Positions 14,960 to 21,327 of a stretch of 21,327 bases of DNA are shown piece by piece. A program made the position numbers and the translations under genes. Under the pieces are notes generated by a model, which was not told the DNA's origin, did no database searches, and was given only the letters and a program-made list of their open reading frames with translations. Source of the stretch: an uncultured bacterium (GTDB lineage: Bacteria; Lernaellota; Lernaellaia; Lernaellales; Lernaellaceae); contig CAZHPN010000096.1 in the NCBI GenBank assembly GCA_964534375.1, positions 1 through 21,327 on the forward strand. Direction: 5' to 3'. Every line of letters starts with the position of its first letter. Within the stretch, counting starts at the first letter, position 1.

Positions 14960-17038
14960 ATGTTTTCGCGATATCGAGTCGTTGGGTTGGCGCTGGCGGC
15001 GATGCTGGTGTTGGCGGCCTGCGCCGCGTCGAATACCCCTTACCCCGCCACCCCGCTCGCCGACGACGACGATGACAACGACACGGCGCCGGTCGACGAC
15101 GACAACGATGACGACAATGACGCCAGCCCGGACGACGACGCCAGTCCGGATGACGACGCGAGCCCGGACGACGACACGAGCCCGGACGACGACACGAGCC
15201 CCGATGACGACACCAGCCCGGACGATGACTCGATCCCGGACGACGACGACAATGACAACGACAACGACGACACCTCGCCGGATGACGACGACGACGACAA
15301 TGACAACGACGACAACGACACCGCTCCGGACGACGACGACGACGACGACAACGATGACGACGACAACGACGACACCGCCGTTTGCAGCGGCGACGGTTGG
15401 TGCTGGCAGAATCCCCTGCCGCAGGGCAACGGCCTGAACGGCGTGTGGGGAACGTCGGCTTCCAACTATTACGCTGTCGGCGGCGGCGGGACCATTCTTA
15501 ACTTTAACGGCACGTTCTGGAAGGCGATGACCAGCGGCGTCACGACTCCGCTTCGTGGAATCTGGGGGCTTTCGGATACGGACATTTATGCGGTCGGCGA
15601 TTTCGGCGTCGTCGTGCATTACAACGGCACGAACTGGTCGACCATGACCAGCAGCACGACCAGCGGCCTGAACGCCGTCTGGGGAACGGACGACAGCGAT
15701 GTCTTTGCGGCCGGCGGCAATGGCACAATCGTGTTCTACAACGGCTCCGCTTGGGCGCCGATGGTGAACTACGACACCGCGGAGTTGAAGGGCCTGTGGG
15801 GCAGTTCGGGCACGGACGTTTATGCGGTCGGCAATTCGGGCGCCATCCTGTTTTACAACGGCGGCGGCAACTGGACGGCGCAAATCAGCAACACCTCGAA
15901 TACGTTGCTGGGCGTCTGGGGCGCTTCGCCGACGATGGTGTTCGCCGTCGGCGTCGGCGGCGTGATCTTGCAAGGCAACAACGGAAACTGGACGCCGATG
16001 ACCAGCGGCACCCCGAATCCGCTGTTCGCGGTTTGGGGCACGGCGGCGGCCGACGTGTTCGCCGTCGGCAGTTACGGCGACATCCTGCACTTCGCCGGTT
16101 CCAGTTGGTCGCCGATGACGAGCGGAACGGCGGCCAATTTCACGGGCATTTGGGGTGTGGCCGATTCGAGCATCTTCGCCGTCGGAGCGGACGGCGCGAT
16201 TTCGGGCTATGACGGCAGCACGTGGTCCGCGGCGAGCAGCGGCGTCACCGAAGAACTAGCGGGCGTATGGGGCGATTCGCCGTCGGATGTGTTCGCCGTC
16301 GGCTATTCGGGAACGATCCTGCATCGCAGCGGGTCGACCTGGACGGCGATGACCGCCGGCACGAGCGCCAACCTGGCCGCCGTTTGGAACGCGTCCGCGT
16401 CGGACGCGTTCGCGGTCGGCGCCGGCGGGCTCATCCTGCGTTACAACGGTTTGACCTGGTCGGCGATGACCAGCAACACCAGCAGCGACCTGTACGGCAT
16501 TTGGGCCGACGCCGATTCGGACGTGTTCGCGGTGGGCGACGGCGGCGCCATCGTCCATTTCGACGGGTCGTCCTGGTCGGCGATGACCAGCGACACCAGC
16601 GCCCGGTTGCACGGCGTCTGGGGCAGCGACTCGGCGCACGTGTTCGCGGTCGGCGCCGGCGGCGCGATTGTCAACTACAACGGTTCCGCGTGGTCGGCGA
16701 TGACGAGCGGCACAAGCTACGATTTGTACAGCGTCTGGGGAGATTCGGCGAACGACGTCTTCGCCGTCGGACAATTGGGCACAACCTTGCTGTACAACGG
16801 CTCGTGGTCGCCGCTCGAGAGCGGGACGATCGACGACTTGTATGGCGTCTGGGGCGTCTCGGCGAACGATGTCTTCGCCGTCGGGCTGGGCGGCACAGTG
16901 CTCGTTTTCGAGGGCGGCACGACCTGGTCGGCGATGAACTCCGGTGCGGCGACTGATCTCTACGCCGTCTGGGGCACGTCGTCGGCCGACGTGTTCGCCG
17001 TCGGCTACGCCGGGGCGGTGCTACATCTGGGACAGTGA
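14960..17038 (+). CDS. Lipoprotein with a ~105-aa Asp-rich stalk and 14 VWG..DVFAVG..G.I..YDG..W repeats (probable double 7-bladed beta-propeller)
   Basis: AAGGAG SD before ATG 14960 (start shortened from 14687); lipobox LAAC; D/N/SPDDD repeats; 14 repeats of about 39 aa counted. Confidence 0.9.
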   Translation: MFSRYRVVGLALAAMLVLAACAASNTPYPATPLADDDDDNDTAPVDDDNDDDNDASPDDDASPDDDASPDDDTSPDDDTSPDDDTSPDDDSIPDDDDNDNDNDDTSPDDDDDDNDNDDNDTAPDDDDDDDNDDDDNDDTAVCSGDGWCWQNPLPQGNGLNGVWGTSASNYYAVGGGGTILNFNGTFWKAMTSGVTTPLRGIWGLSDTDIYAVGDFGVVVHYNGTNWSTMTSSTTSGLNAVWGTDDSDVFAAGGNGTIVFYNGSAWAPMVNYDTAELKGLWGSSGTDVYAVGNSGAILFYNGGGNWTAQISNTSNTLLGVWGASPTMVFAVGVGGVILQGNNGNWTPMTSGTPNPLFAVWGTAAADVFAVGSYGDILHFAGSSWSPMTSGTAANFTGIWGVADSSIFAVGADGAISGYDGSTWSAASSGVTEELAGVWGDSPSDVFAVGYSGTILHRSGSTWTAMTAGTSANLAAVWNASASDAFAVGAGGLILRYNGLTWSAMTSNTSSDLYGIWADADSDVFAVGDGGAIVHFDGSSWSAMTSDTSARLHGVWGSDSAHVFAVGAGGAIVNYNGSAWSAMTSGTSYDLYSVWGDSANDVFAVGQLGTTLLYNGSWSPLESGTIDDLYGVWGVSANDVFAVGLGGTVLVFEGGTTWSAMNSGAATDLYAVWGTSSADVFAVGYAGAVLHLGQ
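15062..15375 (+). repeat. Coding low-complexity tract: (GAC/GAT/AAC)n with about seven 18-bp [A/T]SPDDD units
   Basis: ASPDDD x3, TSPDDD x3 and SIPDDD from 15122, flanked by DDDNDND runs. Confidence 0.9.
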
Positions 17039-17043
17039 GGCGG

Positions 17044-17282
17044 GGAGTCGGAAGTCAGGAGTCAGAAGTCGGAAAACGGAAGGCGGCGGTCAGGGGATTG
17101 CAGCCAGAAATCAGTAGTCAGGGGCCAGAATGAGTTTACCAACGGTCGGACGACAGCAGGCGCTAGACGAGAAACTGCTCGCAGTTTGCGATCATTCTCC
17201 TGCTCGCTGTTTTCCGGCCTCTGTCCTCTTGTTTCTGACTTCTGACTTCTGACTCCTGGCTTCTGTCTTCGGTCTCCTGTTT
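17044..17282. repeat. Inverted heptamer tandem-repeat element (GRAGTCA)~12 - ~70 nt spacer - (TCTGACT)~12
   Basis: Left arm 17044-17127 (GGAGTCG GAAGTCA GGAGTCA GAAGTCG..GTAGTCA GGGGCCA) and right arm 17199-17282 (..TCTGTCC TCTTGTT TCTGACT x3 CCTGGCT TCTGTCT..) keep a 7-nt register and are roughly complementary. Confidence 0.85.
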
Positions 17283-17310
17283 TTTTGCCTGTCCGCAATG
17301 AGGTGATTTC

Positions 17311-18465
17311 GTGAAGCACTACGCTTGGTTGCTGTTGTTGCCCTTGATGATGGCGCTTGCTCTCGCCTGCGGCAGTTCGGCCAGCAACGGCAGTTCGCCG
17401 GCCGCGGACGACGATGCGAACCCGGACGATGACGACGACAACGACGATAATGACGACAACGACGATGACGATAATGATGACGATGACGACGACGATGACA
17501 ACGACGACGACAATGACGATGACGACAACGATGACGACGATGATGACGACGACAATGACGCCGACTGGTCGGTGATGCCCAGCGGCGCGCCCGAGACGCC
17601 GTTGAACGCGGTCTGGGGTTCGTCGCCGACGGACGTTTACGCGGTCGGCGGCAACTCCGTCAGCGAAGACGGCGCGATGCTGCATTACGACGGCTCAACC
17701 TGGGCGGCCGTCGCCGGCGAGACCTATTCCCTCTATTCGCTCTGGGGCGATTCTCCGTCGGACATCTTCGCGGTCGGCACGGGCGGCACGTTGTTGAATT
17801 TTGACGGCTCGACCTGGCGGCACAACGTCGCCCCGCCGCCCTACGCGTGGATGCGCGGCGTGTGGGGCAGTTCGGCGTCCGACGTGTTCGCCGTGTGCGT
17901 CAACGGCCCGATCATGGTTTACAACGGCGCGAGTTGGTCGCAATTTTCGAGCGAGGATTACGTGGGGTTCGGGATCTGGGGCGCCTCTTCCACCGACGTG
18001 TTTTTCGTCGGCCCGGCCGGCGCCATTAAGCAATTCGACGGCGCGTCGTGGCAGGCATTGGCGAGCGGCACGACCGCCGATTTGGAAGGCATTTGGGGAA
18101 CATCCGCCTCCGATGTGTTCGCCGTCGGCGCGACGATCGGCGCCGTGACCACGGGCGCGATTCAGCACTACGACGGAACCGCGTGGTCGTCGCTGACCGC
18201 CGTCGCCGGCTGCGACCTCTACGGCGTCTGGGGCGCGAGTTCGACCGACGTGTTCGTCGTCGGCTTCGACACCGTCAACGCCTGGGGCGCCATTCTGCGC
18301 TACGATGGCGCCTCATGGACGCCGATGATCAGCGGAACCGCCGCCGCTCTCAACGGCGTCTGGGGCAGTTCCTCGACCGACGTCTTCGCCGTCGGCGACG
18401 ACGGCGTGATCCTGCATTATGACGGCCCGCCGGCGGCGAAAGCCGCCGGAACGCGCGGGAAATAG
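17311..18465 (+). CDS. Lipoprotein with a ~50-aa poly-Asp/Asn stalk and 7 VWG..DVFAVG repeats (probable single 7-bladed beta-propeller); paralog of the upstream gene
   Basis: GAGGTGA SD before GTG; lipobox ALAC; 7 repeats counted. Confidence 0.9.
   Translation: MKHYAWLLLLPLMMALALACGSSASNGSSPAADDDANPDDDDDNDDNDDNDDDDNDDDDDDDDNDDDNDDDDNDDDDDDDDNDADWSVMPSGAPETPLNAVWGSSPTDVYAVGGNSVSEDGAMLHYDGSTWAAVAGETYSLYSLWGDSPSDIFAVGTGGTLLNFDGSTWRHNVAPPPYAWMRGVWGSSASDVFAVCVNGPIMVYNGASWSQFSSEDYVGFGIWGASSTDVFFVGPAGAIKQFDGASWQALASGTTADLEGIWGTSASDVFAVGATIGAVTTGAIQHYDGTAWSSLTAVAGCDLYGVWGASSTDVFVVGFDTVNAWGAILRYDGASWTPMISGTAAALNGVWGSSSTDVFAVGDDGVILHYDGPPAAKAAGTRGK
17408..17559 (+). repeat. Coding poly-Asp/Asn trinucleotide tract
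   Basis: About 50 codons, nearly all GAC/GAT/AAC/AAT. Confidence 0.9.
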
Positions 18466-18466
18466 C

Positions 18467-18517
18467 GCGGCGACGAACCGGTCCGGCGGCGCGCCGGCCG
18501 CCCGTCGACCGCTTTTC
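18467..18517 (+). terminator. Possible intrinsic terminator after the propeller genes
   Basis: GCGG-CGACG ... CGTCG-A-CCGC with an inner GC hairpin, followed by TTTTCT; the stem is imperfect. Confidence 0.3.
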
Positions 18518-18620
18518 TCACTGGGCGCCGTATGGTAAAAATACGACGATTTTTGCCCTTTCGCGGGCCGCATGGTTGGGCCGCGCGGCGGGGCTGCGAA
18601 CCGCGGAGCGAGGCGCCGCT

Positions 18621-19781
18621 TTGGCCGTAGACAAGAGCTTCTGGACCGATCCGCAATATCGCCTCCGCCGCATCGCGCTCTTTTTCGTGGCGTTGGCGGT
18701 GTTGACCGATCTCGGCGTGCGCCTGTATTTTTCGCGGCGCGGCGTCGTCGACCGCAACCCCGGCAACACCGTCGCCGCGATGCCCTACCTGCTCGAGCAA
18801 TTGCAGAAAGCGACGCGGCCGCGGATCGTCTTCCTCGGCAGCTCGGTGACGCAGGGTTACGGCAACTGCCCGCCGGGCAAGCATTTTCCCGCGCTCGTCG
18901 AACAGGAATTGCGCCGCCGGCCGGAAACGCGCAACGCCCGCGTGTTCAATTTGTCGAGCGCCGGCAACCGTTTCGGCGACCACTTCGGCGACCTGGTCGC
19001 CTCGATGGCCGCCAAGCCGGATTTGGCGGTGTGCGCGATCCACATCAAGATGTTCTCGGTCAACGCCGGCCTCATGGACCCGTTGATGCACGACGAGGTC
19101 GCCTACTACTTCCGCAACGATCCGGCCTACGGCCGCGGCCGCGAACGCGACATGAGCAAGCGCTTCCGCCTCAAAGACGAGCGTTACCGGCAGATTTGGC
19201 TGGATTTCCAGATGCAGAAGTTGTCGGGCCTCTACCGCTACCGCCGCCTCCTCGGCTTTTTCCTCACGGGCAACCACCAGTTCCCGGCGCCGTGGGCGGC
19301 CGATCGCGTCAAGACGGCGCTGGACATGATGGACCCGCTGGCGATCGAGGCCTACGACACCACGGCCGACGAGCGCAACGCCGATTATCTCTGGAAAGTC
19401 ATTCCCGACCACATCATTCAGCTGCAATACCACCAGTGCGAGGCCTTCGATTTTTCCGACGAAAACCTGAACTGGCTCACCTTCAAAGATATGTGCGCCT
19501 ACGCCCGCGATCATCGGGTGAAGCTGCTGTTTTTCCTCAATCCGCTCAATAAAGATTTCATCGACTCAAAAAAGTTCTTCGATTGGGCCGAGGTGATGCC
19601 GCTGTTCAAGCAGCGGATCCTCGAAGTGACGCAGTCCTACGGCTGCGCGATCGTCGACGCCACGACCCGCATCGACGCCCGCTATTTCTCCGACATGGAC
19701 CATCTCAATATGAACGGCCACCGGCAGATGGCGGGCGTGCTCATGCCCGCCGTTTTGTCGGCGCTGCCGCGCGGCGAGTGA
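18621..19781 (+). CDS. Membrane-anchored SGNH-like acyltransferase (DltD/AlgJ/AlgX-like)
   Basis: N-terminal TM (IALFFVALAVLTDLGVRLYF); FLGSSVT nucleophile motif; FFLNPLN; FSDMDHLN DxxH. Start placed at TTG 18621 after GAGG; 6 nt from the MBOAT gene. Confidence 0.8.
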   Translation: MAVDKSFWTDPQYRLRRIALFFVALAVLTDLGVRLYFSRRGVVDRNPGNTVAAMPYLLEQLQKATRPRIVFLGSSVTQGYGNCPPGKHFPALVEQELRRRPETRNARVFNLSSAGNRFGDHFGDLVASMAAKPDLAVCAIHIKMFSVNAGLMDPLMHDEVAYYFRNDPAYGRGRERDMSKRFRLKDERYRQIWLDFQMQKLSGLYRYRRLLGFFLTGNHQFPAPWAADRVKTALDMMDPLAIEAYDTTADERNADYLWKVIPDHIIQLQYHQCEAFDFSDENLNWLTFKDMCAYARDHRVKLLFFLNPLNKDFIDSKKFFDWAEVMPLFKQRILEVTQSYGCAIVDATTRIDARYFSDMDHLNMNGHRQMAGVLMPAVLSALPRGE

Positions 19782-19787
19782 GCCCCG

Positions 19788-21113
19788 ATGACGACGCCGA
19801 TGCAAAGCTGGTCTTTTGTCGTGTTCGCCGCGATGGCCGTGCTGCTGTACTGGCTCGCGATCCCGCGCCGCTGGCGCCCGCACTACCTGCTGACCGTGAG
19901 CCTTGGCTATTTCCTCGCCTGCTCGCTCGATCAAATGGGCCTGCCGTTCGTTTTTTTGCTGTTCTACCTGTATGGGATGTTCGTCATCGGCATTCTGATC
20001 GATACGGCGAAAACGCCGCAGGGCCGGCGGCGCTGGACGGTCCTGGGCGTCGTCGCGGCAGCCGGCATCCTGGTCCTGTTCAAGACGATCGCCACGTTGA
20101 CGAAAGTGCTGGTCTTGCTGCTGGGCCCGGGCCTTGGCGAGTGGGCCGCGGCGGGGTTGACCAAATTCGGCGTGCCGATCGGCATCAGCTATTTTTCGTT
20201 CCGCGTCATTCACTATTTGGTCGAGGTTTACCGCGGCAAGGAGCGGCGCGCGACGGCGCTCGAATTTTTCCTCTATGTAACGTTTTTCCCGACGATGGTC
20301 GCCGGCCCGATCCACCGTTTCTTCACGTTACGGCGCGAAAAACCGGAGGACTCGTTCGGGGTGCAGGTGCGCGGCGAGGGCGGCCTGCCGCCGTTCAAGT
20401 TCGACGATATTTCGTATGGCGTCTGGCGCATCCTGCAAGGCGTGGTGAAAAAATTCGTCATCGCGGATTTTTTCTACCGCCTGTGCACGCCGATGCTGCA
20501 GCCGGCGCTGCTGCTCAAGACCGAATGGTGGCAGATGTGGATGGCGGCGCACGCCTATTTTGTCTACCTGTACATCGATTTTTCGGGTTACTCCGACATC
20601 GCGATCGGCATTTCGCGCCTGTTCGGCATCCGGGTGATGGAGAATTTCAACTGGGGCCTGTTCGCCGTCAACGTGCAGGATTTTTGGCGGCGGTGGCACA
20701 TCAGCCTGACGCAGTGGCTGATGAATTACATCTACTTTCCGCTGGGCGGCGGGCGCAAGGGCGAATTCCGCACCGATGTGAACGCGATGATCACCATCAT
20801 CGCCGTGGCCGTGTGGCACCGGGTGTCGGTGTCGATGTTCATCTGGGGCTTCCTGCAAGGGCTGGCGGTCGTTTTCGTCCGCCACTACCTAAAATTGAAA
20901 AAACGGCTGTTCCCGAATCATCGGCCGACGCTTTGGGGCAAAGCGCTGGGGGTGGTCTGCGTTTGGCACTGGCAGGCGATCCTCTGGCCGCTGTTCCATC
21001 ACCCGACCCGAATCGCGATTCTATATTGGGTGAAAATGAGCCCGGTCATTCCGCTGCTCAAATGGCTGGGCGTCCTCGGCGGGGCAGATCACGGATTCGG
21101 CGGGCTGCCGTGA
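19788..21113 (+). CDS. MBOAT-family O-acyltransferase (DltB/AlgI/PatA clade)
   Basis: PIGISYFSFR.IHYLVEVYRG, FFPTMVAGPI.R, YIDFSGYSDIAIG, ENFN, DFWRRWHISL..W...YIYFPLGG, catalytic His in AVWH. Confidence 0.95.
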   Translation: MTTPMQSWSFVVFAAMAVLLYWLAIPRRWRPHYLLTVSLGYFLACSLDQMGLPFVFLLFYLYGMFVIGILIDTAKTPQGRRRWTVLGVVAAAGILVLFKTIATLTKVLVLLLGPGLGEWAAAGLTKFGVPIGISYFSFRVIHYLVEVYRGKERRATALEFFLYVTFFPTMVAGPIHRFFTLRREKPEDSFGVQVRGEGGLPPFKFDDISYGVWRILQGVVKKFVIADFFYRLCTPMLQPALLLKTEWWQMWMAAHAYFVYLYIDFSGYSDIAIGISRLFGIRVMENFNWGLFAVNVQDFWRRWHISLTQWLMNYIYFPLGGGRKGEFRTDVNAMITIIAVAVWHRVSVSMFIWGFLQGLAVVFVRHYLKLKKRLFPNHRPTLWGKALGVVCVWHWQAILWPLFHHPTRIAILYWVKMSPVIPLLKWLGVLGGADHGFGGLP

Positions 21114-21126
21114 GACGGAGCGAAAC

Positions 21127-21243
21127 ATGTTGATAAAGCAGTTGGCCAAGGAATTCGGCATCGCGTTCGTCGCGTGGGGCCTGTTCGTGCTCGCGATGCT
21201 GTTCGCCACCGCGTCGGTCGAGTTCACCTACGCGATGTTTTAG
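21127..21243 (+). CDS. 38-aa single-TM DltX-like acyl-shuttle microprotein (MLIKQLAKEFGIAFVAWGLFVLAMLFATASVEFTYAMF)
   Basis: GGAG SD (21117-21120) 6 nt before ATG; 13 nt after the MBOAT stop; almost all third codon positions G/C; one TM helix; ends exactly in FxYxxF*. Below the ORF-track size cut-off. Confidence 0.82.
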   Translation: MLIKQLAKEFGIAFVAWGLFVLAMLFATASVEFTYAMF

Positions 21244-21327
21244 CCCGCCGCCGCCGGCGAATGTCATGGTTACCCCTAGCCCAACTTCGCCAGTTCAGGG
21301 GTCGTGATTCTGTAAATTCGCATACTT

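Noticed and set aside
15040..15465. Poly-Ser ORFs on the minus strand (also 17319-17555)
   Set aside because: They are the reverse complement of the poly-Asp codon tracts.
15400..18430. DGR template/variable repeat pair or CRISPR array among the repeated segments
   Set aside because: The repeats are in-frame protein repeats diverged at all base types. There are no adenine-specific differences, no identical repeats with unique spacers, and no RT or cas gene.
21276..21327. 3' end of a convergent minus-strand gene (..MRIYRITTPELAKLG*)
   Set aside because: Plausible, but only ~50 nt are visible at the window edge, which is too little to call.

Overview
GC-rich chromosomal window from a diderm (Gram-negative-type) bacterium, shown by a TonB-dependent receptor and many lipoboxes. 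In order it holds: a 5'-truncated, twice-frameshifted secreted repeat-domain gene; an orphan pstS; a small membrane protein; smpB; an S9 peptidase; a Spy/CpxP-like protein; a hypothetical protein; an FG-GAP/ASPIC-UnbV lipoprotein; two radical SAM genes; an SGNH hydrolase; a TonB-dependent receptor; two poly-Asp-stalked beta-propeller lipoproteins; and an SGNH + MBOAT operon. The most interesting signal is a 38-aa single-TM micro-ORF missing from the ORF track (21127-21243, ending FTYAMF*). It lies directly after an MBOAT that lacks the usual fused FxYxxF tail, which suggests a DltD/DltB/DltX-like three-part envelope acylation relay in a diderm organism. The intergenic gaps carry four gene-less short-repeat elements of three kinds (two heptamer inverted arrays, a CCCTCTCCC/GGGAGAGGG REP doublet and a nonamer repeat). 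Promoter positions suggest leaderless translation of two genes. No rRNA, tRNA, tmRNA, CRISPR array or transposase was seen. All calls come from reading motifs by eye; no database searches were run.
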